Positions 37,910 through 46,745 of a stretch of DNA of 64,000 nucleotides are shown piece by piece; position 1 is the first letter of the stretch, and the number at the start of each line of letters is the position of its first letter. A program made the position numbers and the translations under genes. The notes beneath the pieces were generated by a model that made no database searches, had not been told where the DNA came from, and worked only from the letters and a program-made list of their open reading frames with translations. Source of the stretch: Verrucomicrobiaceae bacterium UBA1938 (GTDB taxonomy: Bacteria > Verrucomicrobiota > Verrucomicrobiia > Verrucomicrobiales > Verrucomicrobiaceae); NCBI GenBank assembly GCA_002336895.1, contig DDFC01000030.1, forward strand, positions 47,326-111,325. Direction: 5' to 3'.

Positions 37910-39190
37910 ATGACTCCCGCGATGCTCAAAGCCGCCCTCATCGCCCAGGCCCGTGCCCTCGGCTTCAGCGACTGCCGCATCGCCCCCGCCCAGCCCGCCG
38001 CCCACCGCGCCCTCTTTGAGCAATGGCTCGCCGAAGGCAAACACGGCGACATGGCTTGGCTCGCCCGCACCCCCGAGCGCCGCACCGATCCCACCCTCGT
38101 CCTCCCCGGCGCCAAATCCGTCATCCTCCTCGCCCTCAACTACTACCAAGGCGGCACCCCCTATCCCCAGGACCAATCTTCCTCCGACTCCTCCTCCCCC
38201 GAGCGCAGCGAGTCCTCCGAAGCTCAAAGAGCGAAGGACGGACCCCCTCCGCCATCCAGCACCGAGCCCCCACCCTCCAGCATCGCCCCATCGCCCTCAC
38301 CTCCGTACTGGGAGCGCCGATATTCTACCGGCTCCGGAAGCCCCGCCACATCCATCCCCTCCGCACCACCCCCAGCCTCCGATCAACCACCGTCAACCAC
38401 CGTCAACAACAGTAAACCACCGTCAACTCCGTTCCGAATAGCCCGCTACGCCTGGAACAACGACTACCACGACCTCATCGAGTCCAAGCTCCGCACCCTC
38501 ACCGACTTCCTCACCGCCCACGGCGGCACCCAGCGTCCTTACGTCGATACCGGCCCCGTCCTCGAGCGCGACTTCGCCAGCCTCGCCGGCCTCGGCTGGG
38601 GAGGCAAAAGCACCATGCAGATCCACCGCCACCTCGGCACCTGGTTCTTCCTGGCCGACATCCTCACCACCCTCGATCTCCCCCCAGACGCCCCCGGCCC
38701 CGACCGCTGTGGCACCTGCACCCGCTGCATCACCGCCTGTCCCACCCAGGCCATCACCGCCCCTCGCAGCCTCGATGCCCGCCGTTGCATCTCCTACCTC
38801 ACCATCGAAAGCAAAGGCCCCATCCCCATCGAATTCCGCCGCGCCATCGGAGACCGCATCTATGGGTGCGATTCCTGCCTCGACGCCTGCCCCTGGAACC
38901 GCCACGCCCAGACCTCCCACGAGGCCACCTTCCAGGCCCGCACCACCATATTCCAGCACACCCTGCGCGACTTCCTCTCTCTCACCGACGACACCTTCCG
39001 CGCCCTCTTCGCCAAATCCCCCATCAAGCGCATCAAACGCCCCGCCTTCCTTCGCAACATCTGCGTCGCCCTCGGCAATGTCGGCACCCCCGCCGACCTC
39101 CCCGCCTTAGAAGCCGCCGCCCAGGACGAGCACCCCCTCATCACCGAACACGCCCAATGGGCCATCGCCGAAATCCGCTCCCGCCACTGA
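37910..39190 (+). CDS. queG: Epoxyqueuosine reductase QueG with in-frame low-complexity insertion
   Basis: G.HG.M.WL, RIARYAW..DYH, VDTGP.LER, CG.C..CI.ACPT and YGCD.C...CPWN Fe-S motifs. Confidence 0.93.
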   Translation: MTPAMLKAALIAQARALGFSDCRIAPAQPAAHRALFEQWLAEGKHGDMAWLARTPERRTDPTLVLPGAKSVILLALNYYQGGTPYPQDQSSSDSSSPERSESSEAQRAKDGPPPPSSTEPPPSSIAPSPSPPYWERRYSTGSGSPATSIPSAPPPASDQPPSTTVNNSKPPSTPFRIARYAWNNDYHDLIESKLRTLTDFLTAHGGTQRPYVDTGPVLERDFASLAGLGWGGKSTMQIHRHLGTWFFLADILTTLDLPPDAPGPDRCGTCTRCITACPTQAITAPRSLDARRCISYLTIESKGPIPIEFRRAIGDRIYGCDSCLDACPWNRHAQTSHEATFQARTTIFQHTLRDFLSLTDDTFRALFAKSPIKRIKRPAFLRNICVALGNVGTPADLPALEAAAQDEHPLITEHAQWAIAEIRSRH

Positions 39191-39200
39191 CCGCAGGTCA

Positions 39201-39790
39201 CCCTTCGTAGCTCAAAGAGCGAAGAATGGGCCAATCCTCCTCCTCGCGCAGCGAATCCTCCGAAGCCTTGGCGCAGGAAGAAGCCACCGCAAACGCGCCT
39301 CACCGCCTCCGTACTGGGAGCGCCGATGTCCACATCGGCTCCGGTCCCTCCGCCACACCCACACCTCCGCACCACCTCCAGCCTCCTCCTCCCCATCGTC
39401 CTCGTCCTCGTCCTCCTACTCCTACTCCTACTCCTACTCCTACTCGTCCTCGTCCTCGTCCTCGATCCATCCCCTCCGCCATCCCCCTTCGCCCCGCGCC
39501 TCCCAGCCCAGGTAGGGAGGCTGGTCCCCCAGCCTCCGCCGAGCGTCCTCCTCCCCCCCCAGCATCCATCCATCCACGTCTCAGCGCCACCATCCGTAAG
39601 CGGGCCATTCCTGCCCCGTCACCAAAGCCCTCCCAGCCGCTCTCAAAAACCACCGTCAACCACCGTCAGCAATCGTTCAGCTATCGTTCAGCTATCGTTC
39701 AGCTATCGTTCAGCTATCGTAAACGGCGCGTCAGCGCCCCACCGCCTCCGGCCAACTTAAAACTTGAAACCTTAAACTTGAAACTCCCTC
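39201..39790. repeat. Composite intergenic repeat cluster including hexamer and 11-mer tandem arrays
   Basis: Same modules as inside and upstream of queG; (CTCGTC/CTCCTA)n at 39395-39466; (CAGCTATCGTT)x5 at 39667-39721. Confidence 0.75.
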
Positions 39791-39804
39791 TACGTCCCCC
39801 GTCC

Positions 39805-39832
39805 TTGACAGCCCTCCCACCCCTGCTAACAT
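39805..39832 (+). promoter_or_regulatory. Sigma70-type promoter of tRNA-Cys
   Basis: TTGACA-N16-TAACAT with TG extended -10. Confidence 0.7.
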
Positions 39833-39854
39833 CCCTGGCTCTCAATTCGAGAAC

Positions 39855-39929
39855 GGCGAGGTAGCAAAGTGGTAATGCACTGGTCTGCAAAACCGGTATG
39901 CGCGGGTTCAATTCCCGCCCTCGCCTCCA
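39855..39929 (+). tRNA. tRNA-Cys(GCA), copy 1
   Basis: Full cloverleaf, GGCGAGG/CCTCGCC acceptor stem, GCA anticodon, U73, encoded CCA. Confidence 0.95.
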
Positions 39930-39941
39930 CTTCCCGACAAC

Positions 39942-40178
39942 ATGGCTGCCATCCCGGTGGAAGAACTCGTCTATCAGTCAGACCCAGCCTTTTTGAATCG
40001 CATTTTGCTGCTGCCGCCAGAATCCCTGCGCTTGCTCTGCCCTGTCTGCCACGCCCCTCTCTTGTTTGCGCCTACGTGGAAACGCGCCCGCGAGCTGAGA
40101 GTGCATCCGGGAATCTACTGCCAGGTGGACCTCAAACATTGTATCGCGATGTTTGAACTCGCTCCAGAGTCAGAATAA
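39942..40178 (+). CDS. Small hypothetical protein with CPVC...C...HC
   Basis: 78-aa ORF 12 nt after tRNA; possible zinc ribbon. Confidence 0.45.
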   Translation: MAAIPVEELVYQSDPAFLNRILLLPPESLRLLCPVCHAPLLFAPTWKRARELRVHPGIYCQVDLKHCIAMFELAPESE

Positions 40179-40216
40179 CCGGCCAGTCTGGCTGCTTTTC
40201 AACAAACGCAGTCCGC

Positions 40217-40245
40217 TTGACCATGCGTCAAGTTTAGTTTACATA
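40217..40245 (+). promoter_or_regulatory. TA promoter with overlapping palindromic operator
   Basis: TTGAC-CATGC-GTCAA palindrome covering -35 TTGACC; TACATA 17 nt downstream. Confidence 0.6.
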
Positions 40246-40272
40246 TGAGGCGGTCGCTCTACCACCTCCGCT

Positions 40273-40608
40273 GTGCTTCAACCCGGTTCATACGAAGTCC
40301 TCATCTTCCGGCACGCCTCAGATGAAAGCCCCTACCTCGACTGGTTGGAATCTCTCGACTGGAAGATGCAGGAACGCATTTCCTCACGCGTAGCCCGCAT
40401 GAAAAAAGGGCAGTTTGGCGACTGCAAAGCTCTCGCTCCCAGCCTCTACGAACTGCGTCTTTTTTTCGGACCCGGCTACCGGGTTTACTTCGGCCAGCAC
40501 AGGGGCAGGACCATCATCCTCCTCGCCGGCGGAGACAAATCCACCCAGAGCAAAGACATCAAACAAGCCCGCCAATACTGGAAAACATACTTGGAGGACC
40601 ATCCATGA
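40273..40608 (+). CDS. RelE/ParE-superfamily addiction module killer (TIGR02683-like)
   Basis: WLESLD...RI..R..RM..G.FGDCK.....YELR..FGPGYRVYF...LLAGGDKSTQ.KDI..A..YW. Confidence 0.9.
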   Translation: MLQPGSYEVLIFRHASDESPYLDWLESLDWKMQERISSRVARMKKGQFGDCKALAPSLYELRLFFGPGYRVYFGQHRGRTIILLAGGDKSTQSKDIKQARQYWKTYLEDHP

Positions 40609-40958
40609 AAGCATCCAAAAAAACCAGCACCCTCTCCCACGATGAAGTCAGGCTCCGGCACCTCAGCGACCCCAAGCGCGCCAGATACGCCATCAAGCTC
40701 GCCCTCGAAGAGTTCGAGCAGGACAACGACATCGACATGCTGCTCGACACCCTGCGCCTCGTCGCCCAGGCCCAGGGCGGCCTCGCCTCTCTCGCACGCA
40801 AAACAGAAGTCAGCCGCCAGGCCCTGCACGAGGCCCTCTCACCTCAGGGAAACCCGCGCCTGCGCACCTTCCAGAGCGTCCTCGGCTCCCTCGGCCTCCG
40901 CATGTCCGTCAGGCCTGCCCGCCCCACCGCCAAAAAGCCTGCCCGCTCTGCAGCCTGA
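40605..40958 (+). CDS. Addiction module antidote (TIGR02684-like HTH)
   Basis: GGLASLARKTEVSRQALHEALSPQGNPRL.TF..VL.SLG; ATGA overlap with toxin. Confidence 0.9.
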   Translation: MKASKKTSTLSHDEVRLRHLSDPKRARYAIKLALEEFEQDNDIDMLLDTLRLVAQAQGGLASLARKTEVSRQALHEALSPQGNPRLRTFQSVLGSLGLRMSVRPARPTAKKPARSAA

Positions 40959-41000
40959 ACGCACGCTCAGCATGCTTCGCCGCCTTCGCAATTCGAGAAC

Positions 41001-41075
41001 GGCGAGGTAGCAAAGTGGTAATGCACGGGTCTGCAAAACCGGCAGGCGCGGGTTCAATTCCCGCCCTCGCCTCCA
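41001..41075 (+). tRNA. tRNA-Cys(GCA), copy 2 (G28:G42 mismatch, function uncertain)
   Basis: 3 differences from copy 1 over 75 nt. Confidence 0.75.
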
Positions 41076-41113
41076 CTCCACCCCCACAAGCGTTTCACCG
41101 CAGAAAGCCCTCG

Positions 41114-41193
41114 AAGGGAGCGCGGACACTCTTGTCCGCTTCTGCTCTTCAGCAATCAAAGGGAGCGCGGACACTCCTGTCCGCTTCTGCTCT
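41114..41193. repeat. Tandem pair of AAGGGAGCGCGGACACTCYTGTCCGCTTCTGCTCT
   Basis: 35-nt direct repeat with 45-nt period and internal GCGGAC/GTCCGC hairpin. Confidence 0.8.
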
Positions 41194-41226
41194 CCGCAGC
41201 TCTGCTGCCCGTTGATCACTCACTCA

Positions 41227-41312
41227 GTCGCTCGCCGGCGCTCGATTGAAACTCGCATTACAGACCGACACCCTCGTCTTGAAGGCCAACGGCCTTCGTC
41301 TTTCAGCCCAGG
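41227..41312. repeat. Solo fragment homologous to left end of the Y1 element
   Basis: GTCGCTCGCC...GAAAC...GAAGGCCAACGGCCTTC..TTTCAGCCCAGG matches 13282-13359. Confidence 0.75.
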
Positions 41313-41833
41313 AATGCCGCGTGTCCTCCGAAGCTCGTAGAGCGAAGGAGGAAGCTTTAGCGAGTGCTCCCCTGGGCTCCGGCATCCAATCCAGTCAGCA
41401 AACCCAGCCCCCCTCCACACGCCGCCCGGCCCCAGCATGCCTGCCCTTCGTAGCTAGAACTGGTCTATAAGGAAGCACTGAACAAATGAACGCGGAGCAG
41501 TTTGGAAACCGCAGAGCATTGACTTTCAGGCCTCATCTCTGCGGTCTTCTAATCTCTGCGTTGTTAAATCAGTGTTTCCTTGGCAAAGAACGGGCGTCTC
41601 CTCCGCCATAGCGCCGCAGGCCGCCCCACTCTGCGTCCCGCTCTCAAGGCATGGCACCGCCACTCGCCCCCCATCTCCCCACTCGCAGCCACATTGGGGT
41701 TGCCCCACCACCGCACCCTGCGCGGCAAACCTCGCCATCTCCCACGTCCCAGGCTCCTTCCTCAGGCCAAAGCATTACGAAGCTCTGGCAAAAGTGCGAA
41801 CCATGATCTAACTCTCTCACCTCACTGGGTGAT

Positions 41834-42406
41834 ATGAGCAATGCCTACACCGTGCTTTGGAACAGCGACCGCATCAGGATCGCCCGGAAGCACGACCTCA
41901 TCGGCAGGAGCATCGACTTCCTCTTTGGCGGCCCTCACACCACCCAGCCCAGTTTCATCCGCGCCGGCGTCAAGGCCGGAGAGATCATCTATCCCGTTGC
42001 CGTTCGAGACGGCGCCCTTCACATCCTCTCCCAGATACGCATCAGGGCCATCCTCACGGTCGATGACTTCATCGCCGAGCACCCCGATCTCTACCCTCCC
42101 GCAGAGCGTCAGGGGCGGCGGGCCTTCGAGATCCTCGACCTCGGCGTCCAGCTCCACCCCTGGCTGCGCGCCCTCAACTGGACCGGTTCAGATCACGTCT
42201 TGCTCGCACAGAGCTCCACCCCCTTCAGCCTCGAAACCGTCCTCCCCTCCGAGATGCTCACGCGCATGACCCTCCGTTTCAACAAAGTCGAAAGGCCCGT
42301 CAGCGGCGTCGCGGACGGCCGCCTCACCACCACCGTCGGCCTCCAGGGCATCCATCGGTTGTCATTCTCTTCTGCATGGGAGTTTGCCAGCCTGTTTCAG
42401 GCATGA
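41834..42406 (+). CDS. Hypothetical protein
   Basis: 190-aa ORF with host-like C-ending codons between tRNA copies 2 and 3. Confidence 0.65.
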   Translation: MSNAYTVLWNSDRIRIARKHDLIGRSIDFLFGGPHTTQPSFIRAGVKAGEIIYPVAVRDGALHILSQIRIRAILTVDDFIAEHPDLYPPAERQGRRAFEILDLGVQLHPWLRALNWTGSDHVLLAQSSTPFSLETVLPSEMLTRMTLRFNKVERPVSGVADGRLTTTVGLQGIHRLSFSSAWEFASLFQA

Positions 42407-42553
42407 GCCCAGACAGGGAAAGAGTAACGGGGAAAGGAGCGCAAACACGGGAGAGTGAAGCATCGAAAGCACGCGAAGGGAGCGCGGAGATTCGCTTCGC
42501 GGCTGCGTAGCCTCTCCGCGTCGGCTACCATCCCCGTATCTCCATTCAAGAAC

Positions 42554-42605
42554 GGCGAGCTAGCAAAGGGGTAAGGCACGGGTTCTATTCCCGCCCTCGT
42601 CTCTA
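42554..42605 (+). pseudogene. tRNA-Cys pseudogene, copy 3 (anticodon/variable arm deleted)
   Basis: Aligns to copy 2 with a 23-nt deletion between CGGGT direct repeats plus 6 substitutions. Confidence 0.8.
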
Positions 42606-42941
42606 CAAGCATACCTAAGGCTTAGATCTCCCATGCAGGCGCGTTACCATGTTTTGAGCTTATTATAGACGGCTCAGATGTCTTGGTAGCATTCCGAGCG
42701 CGTGACCGTGAGTCTTGAAAAAGATCTCTGTTCAACAGCTGGACATTGACAACTGATTTTCGCGAATTAAAAGTTCGTGGTGATTATCACCCGGGCATCT
42801 GCCGCATTGTATGGAGTTCTTTCGAACACGGTGAAGTTGTAAGCAGTAATGAACATGTAAATGACTGTAATTCTGTCCTATTTTTGTAGGTTTGACTCTG
42901 AGGGGAAGCCGCTCCAAGTTTGGCTAAATATTAGGCCAAAG

Positions 42942-44153
42942 ATGCCGCAGCCTCCACATCGCAAAACCTCCGAAATTCATTCAGCAAAAGCTGCAATGGC
43001 GGGCTTTTTATTCCAGATAGTTCGTGCACTGACTAGAATGGCTGGCGCTAAAGACGGCACCTTCGTTTCGATTGAAACGCTGGACGATGTCGTGGTCGAA
43101 TTTGCAGATGGAACAAAAATTTTGGAGCAAGACAAGCTATCATTCTGTCGGAATCCGGTCCCTGACGGCAGCAAAAATTTCTGGAAAACTCTTAGCATAT
43201 GGATTGGGCTTATTGATGACAAAGAAGTAAGTCTTGAGTTAGCTGACTTCCATTTAGTATCGACCTTCCCGGTAAAAACTGGAATAGCCTCTATGCTTAA
43301 AGCGTGCAGTGCGGACCGTGAGAACGAAAAAATTGTCAAAGAAGTTTTGAAGATCGCCAAAGCACCTGTCGATGAAGTAAAAGAATATGCAGAAATCGTA
43401 GCGGCTTGGCCTCTGGAGAAACTTCGGATGCTGATAGCGCGAATTACAGTGACAGACGACTCGTGTTCGGACAGCAGGGAAGAACTGGCAAACAAACTAA
43501 ACGTGGAAAAAAACATTCGGGATCCCGTTGTTCGAGGACTCATTGGATGGCTCACTGACGCTTTATTTGAGCACTTTGAATTGGCATCCAGCACTTCAAA
43601 TTCAGACGAAGCACTGAAAATTTCCATCGACACATTTCGCGCCGAAACAAACCGGCTAATAGCCACATTTTACAATCGCAAGATTGTGCTTCGAGCGTCA
43701 CAAGACATAATAGCTGAGCAAGAAGATATTGACGCCGAGAAAAATGCGAGATTTGTAAAACAGCTTCAATTGCTAGAGTTTGGAGATGAAGAAGATGAGT
43801 TAGTCATTGAAGCAATTTTAGACTATCTGAAAGCAGACGAAGAAACCACACGCTTAGCAGAGAAAAATGAAATAACCAAAAAGCGGTTTCAGGAATACAA
43901 AGAAAATCTTCGCTCACACTGGAAGTATTGCTGGAGAAAAGCGCGAATTTCTCCGGCCACCACCGAGCACCTTACAGGTCAGTTTATTTTTAACGAGACT
44001 ATGCAAGTCAACATATCGTTGGATGAACTTCCTGTCACACATAGCTACCTCAATCGCGGCACCTATCACGCGATGGCCAATCAACCTGATGCCACCGGAA
44101 TAGGGTGGCACCCCAACTATCAAAAAATCCTAAAGTCGGACGCAAGTGCATGA
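42942..44153 (+). CDS. lmuA: Lamassu/ABC-3C effector LmuA: Cap4-like PD-(D/E)xK nuclease plus C-terminal domain
   Basis: HSA...MAGFLFQ..RAL, IETLDDV...EQDK; C-terminal RGTYHAMAN...IGWHPNY. Confidence 0.72.
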   Translation: MPQPPHRKTSEIHSAKAAMAGFLFQIVRALTRMAGAKDGTFVSIETLDDVVVEFADGTKILEQDKLSFCRNPVPDGSKNFWKTLSIWIGLIDDKEVSLELADFHLVSTFPVKTGIASMLKACSADRENEKIVKEVLKIAKAPVDEVKEYAEIVAAWPLEKLRMLIARITVTDDSCSDSREELANKLNVEKNIRDPVVRGLIGWLTDALFEHFELASSTSNSDEALKISIDTFRAETNRLIATFYNRKIVLRASQDIIAEQEDIDAEKNARFVKQLQLLEFGDEEDELVIEAILDYLKADEETTRLAEKNEITKKRFQEYKENLRSHWKYCWRKARISPATTEHLTGQFIFNETMQVNISLDELPVTHSYLNRGTYHAMANQPDATGIGWHPNYQKILKSDASA

Positions 44154-44616
44154 TATATATGAAATTATGCAAAACCCTGCGCTTGGGTGTTGCTGTATCA
44201 ATAAGTTTGTAGAATCTTTCCACAAGAAAAGGGGATCTGGTCCTCTGCTGCCTTTGGCGGCGTTGGTTTTGCCGATTGTATTCCATAGACGAACCGTTAG
44301 TATTCTTCACAAAAGATACTTCCGAGGGGGATTCCTGAACGCACTTATAGAACACCCAAACTTAGGGGTTGGATTGCAGGAGCGAATGGAAGAAATGGTT
44401 GATCAAACGTTGGCATCAATCGGACTAGGTCTCGGCCTTGGAATGCTTACTTATAATGCAGAAGCATGTACTTTATCTACCGGCGGACAAAGGGTTGAAA
44501 GTTCAAAATTTGCTCCAGCCGTTCGCGATATGCTCTGGACAGCAGATCGTTTGGGTTACTGGATGGCCGATGAACAATTATCAACGATTTGTAGCCATTT
44601 GAACATCACATTCTAA
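44146..44616 (+). CDS. lmuC: Lamassu/ABC-3C middle component LmuC
   Basis: QNPALG, L.LVLPIV.H motifs; 8-nt overlap with effector. Confidence 0.72.
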   Translation: MHDIYEIMQNPALGCCCINKFVESFHKKRGSGPLLPLAALVLPIVFHRRTVSILHKRYFRGGFLNALIEHPNLGVGLQERMEEMVDQTLASIGLGLGLGMLTYNAEACTLSTGGQRVESSKFAPAVRDMLWTADRLGYWMADEQLSTICSHLNITF

Positions 44617-46602
44617 ATGAATATTAAAATTCGTAGCATCATCTTGTGGCCTAAAAACCCTCAGAACGAGATCCGAAGAATTGATTTCAAATGCAAAGGG
44701 GTCGAGGTAATTTCTGGGTGGAGCGAAAAGGGAAAGTCTTCCATTATTCATATAATAGACTACTGCTTAGGAAGCGAAAAGTGCGCTATTCCAATTGGTA
44801 AGGTCCGCGAGACTGTAGAATGGTTTGGAATCCTTCTGGCGCTGCCAAATGGGAAACAGATTTTGAGCGCTCGACTGAATCCAGGCGAGAGCCAAGAAAA
44901 CTCTGATATGATGTTTGTAGAGGGAAAAAGAATATCTATTCCTGATCAGCCTACCAAGACTCATAGGAGGGATACTGTAATTTCTGCTTTGGACAAGCTT
45001 GCAAAGTTGCCCCAACGAGGTGCCGCTGAAGAAGAAGGGTCTGATTCGGAAGGCCCTCCAAGTTTCAGAGATATGGCAGCATTCAATTTTCAACCGCAGA
45101 ATGTTGTGGCCAACCCTAATATTTTGTTTTTTAAATCTGAGCTCTGGGAACATCGACGGAAGCTGACTAGAAGTGTGCTTCCATACGTGCTAGGGGCCGT
45201 CGATGCGGAAACTTTAGATTATCAATCAAGATACCGCATCATTGAGACGAAGCTGCGTCTTAAACGCGAAGAGCTTGATCTAAAACAAAGAGCGATGGAA
45301 TCTCTAGTTGCAGGACTTAGATCTCACTTTCGCACCGCACAAGCGAATGAACTCATTCCAGAAGGCATTAGTCCCACAGTTGAGTGGGGTCCTCAAGATT
45401 TCGTTCAGCATCTACGAGAAGCTTTAAAGACTTGGAAGAGCACACCTGCTTTATCTTCTCTCGGATCCATGACAAGAAAAGCACGTGCAGAGGTCAGCGC
45501 ATTGCAAAAGTCACAGAAGATTTTAATCCGTGAGATCGATGACTTAAATAGGCAAATATCAAAAACGGAGCGAGTTTCGGAGTCATTTGGGGGATATGCT
45601 GAAAGCTTAAAAGATCAATCGGCGCGAGTATTTCCTGCAGGATGGCTCCACACTTACTTTACCGAGCATTTTGCCTGTCCTATATGTAATGGACCTCAAC
45701 CTCGAAAAGGTGAATTCGATAGGCTTGTCTACGTTGCAAAAAAATTAGGAGAAACCGTTCAAGCTGTTTCGCAAGGTGCCCCTGTATTGACTGCGGAGAA
45801 GCGTAGGCTGGAGCGTTTGCTCGATGAGTCGGAAAATAAGTTGCAGGCTATTGATGTTCAATTAAACGATTGGGAAAAGCGTTCTGCGGAGCTGGCGGAA
45901 CTTGGAAGTCGGAGGGATTTTCTCAACACATTTACGGGGCGTTTGGGTTCAGAACTGGACGCTATAGACGCTGGCGGTGTTACTGCTCTTGAGAATGAAG
46001 TGAAGTCGATGGAAAGGGAACTAAGGTTATTGGCAGTCAAAATTAACCCAGAACGCATTCGCTCAAAGACTGAGAAGGCGCTCAAATCGATCTCAAAAAG
46101 TATAGCGCACTACGCGCGGGCCATGCAGGTTGGGCATTCATCTCAAGAATGGGTGATCGATGAAAGAAATCTCACGCTTGTTTCGCATAAGCCAGGAAGA
46201 AATGACTATCTCTGGGAAATCGGAAGCGCTGCCAATTGGATGGGATATCACATTGCTACTCTTCTTGCCATGCACGAATTTTTCAGGACCGTGCCAGAAA
46301 ATCCCGTTCCGAAATTCATTGTATTCGATCAGCCGAGCCAAGCTTATTTTCCCGAGGGCCTAGGAAAAAAGGGGGGCAAGAAAACGCAAGAGCTAATCCG
46401 AACTCGCTCCGATGATATAAGTAGGCTTAAGCGGCTCTTTCTTGCGCTCTCTGATGCAGTTACGAGAACCAATGGAGGACTTCAGATAATTCTGCTCGAA
46501 CACGCGGAACCAGAAATGTGGGAGGGCATTCCCAATTTTTCGCTCGTTGAAAATGTTGAGTGGAGAGACCGCGGAGCGCTAATACCTGACAGCTGGAAAT
46601 AG
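44617..46602 (+). CDS. lmuB: Lamassu SMC/Rad50-like ABC ATPase LmuB (DUF3732-type)
   Basis: Walker A G.SEKGKS, IIDYCLGS, coiled coil with CPIC hook, GSAANW signature, Walker B FDQPSQAYFP. Confidence 0.82.
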   Translation: MNIKIRSIILWPKNPQNEIRRIDFKCKGVEVISGWSEKGKSSIIHIIDYCLGSEKCAIPIGKVRETVEWFGILLALPNGKQILSARLNPGESQENSDMMFVEGKRISIPDQPTKTHRRDTVISALDKLAKLPQRGAAEEEGSDSEGPPSFRDMAAFNFQPQNVVANPNILFFKSELWEHRRKLTRSVLPYVLGAVDAETLDYQSRYRIIETKLRLKREELDLKQRAMESLVAGLRSHFRTAQANELIPEGISPTVEWGPQDFVQHLREALKTWKSTPALSSLGSMTRKARAEVSALQKSQKILIREIDDLNRQISKTERVSESFGGYAESLKDQSARVFPAGWLHTYFTEHFACPICNGPQPRKGEFDRLVYVAKKLGETVQAVSQGAPVLTAEKRRLERLLDESENKLQAIDVQLNDWEKRSAELAELGSRRDFLNTFTGRLGSELDAIDAGGVTALENEVKSMERELRLLAVKINPERIRSKTEKALKSISKSIAHYARAMQVGHSSQEWVIDERNLTLVSHKPGRNDYLWEIGSAANWMGYHIATLLAMHEFFRTVPENPVPKFIVFDQPSQAYFPEGLGKKGGKKTQELIRTRSDDISRLKRLFLALSDAVTRTNGGLQIILLEHAEPEMWEGIPNFSLVENVEWRDRGALIPDSWK

Positions 46603-46714
46603 TTGGCAGGACGCCCTCGGAAAGTGTCTGGCAGTTTGCACGCATGGTGAACGCACAACCACGAACCCTCGATCAATTGTACTATTCGCTGGTTTCTAGA
46701 TGAGGCTCAAAAGT

Positions 46715-46745
46715 AAGGCTCGGCGTTTTGTGAACGCCGAGCCTT
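46715..46745. terminator. Perfect 13-bp hairpin downstream of Lamassu operon
   Basis: AAGGCTCGGCGTT-TTGTG-AACGCCGAGCCTT. Confidence 0.5.

Noticed and set aside
39395-39721. Short tandem arrays and the 41114-41193 direct repeat as possible CRISPR
   Set aside because: No unique spacers of 25-45 nt, at most two long repeats, no cas genes
39226-39864. ORFs with poly-Leu/Val or Arg-Thr runs (39226, 39300, 39326, 38860) as membrane or repeat proteins
   Set aside because: They are translations of the hexamer repeat array and REP modules in all frames
42610-42941. Integrase or small ORFs at the left edge of the Lamassu block
   Set aside because: Only short frames without recombinase residues or other motifs
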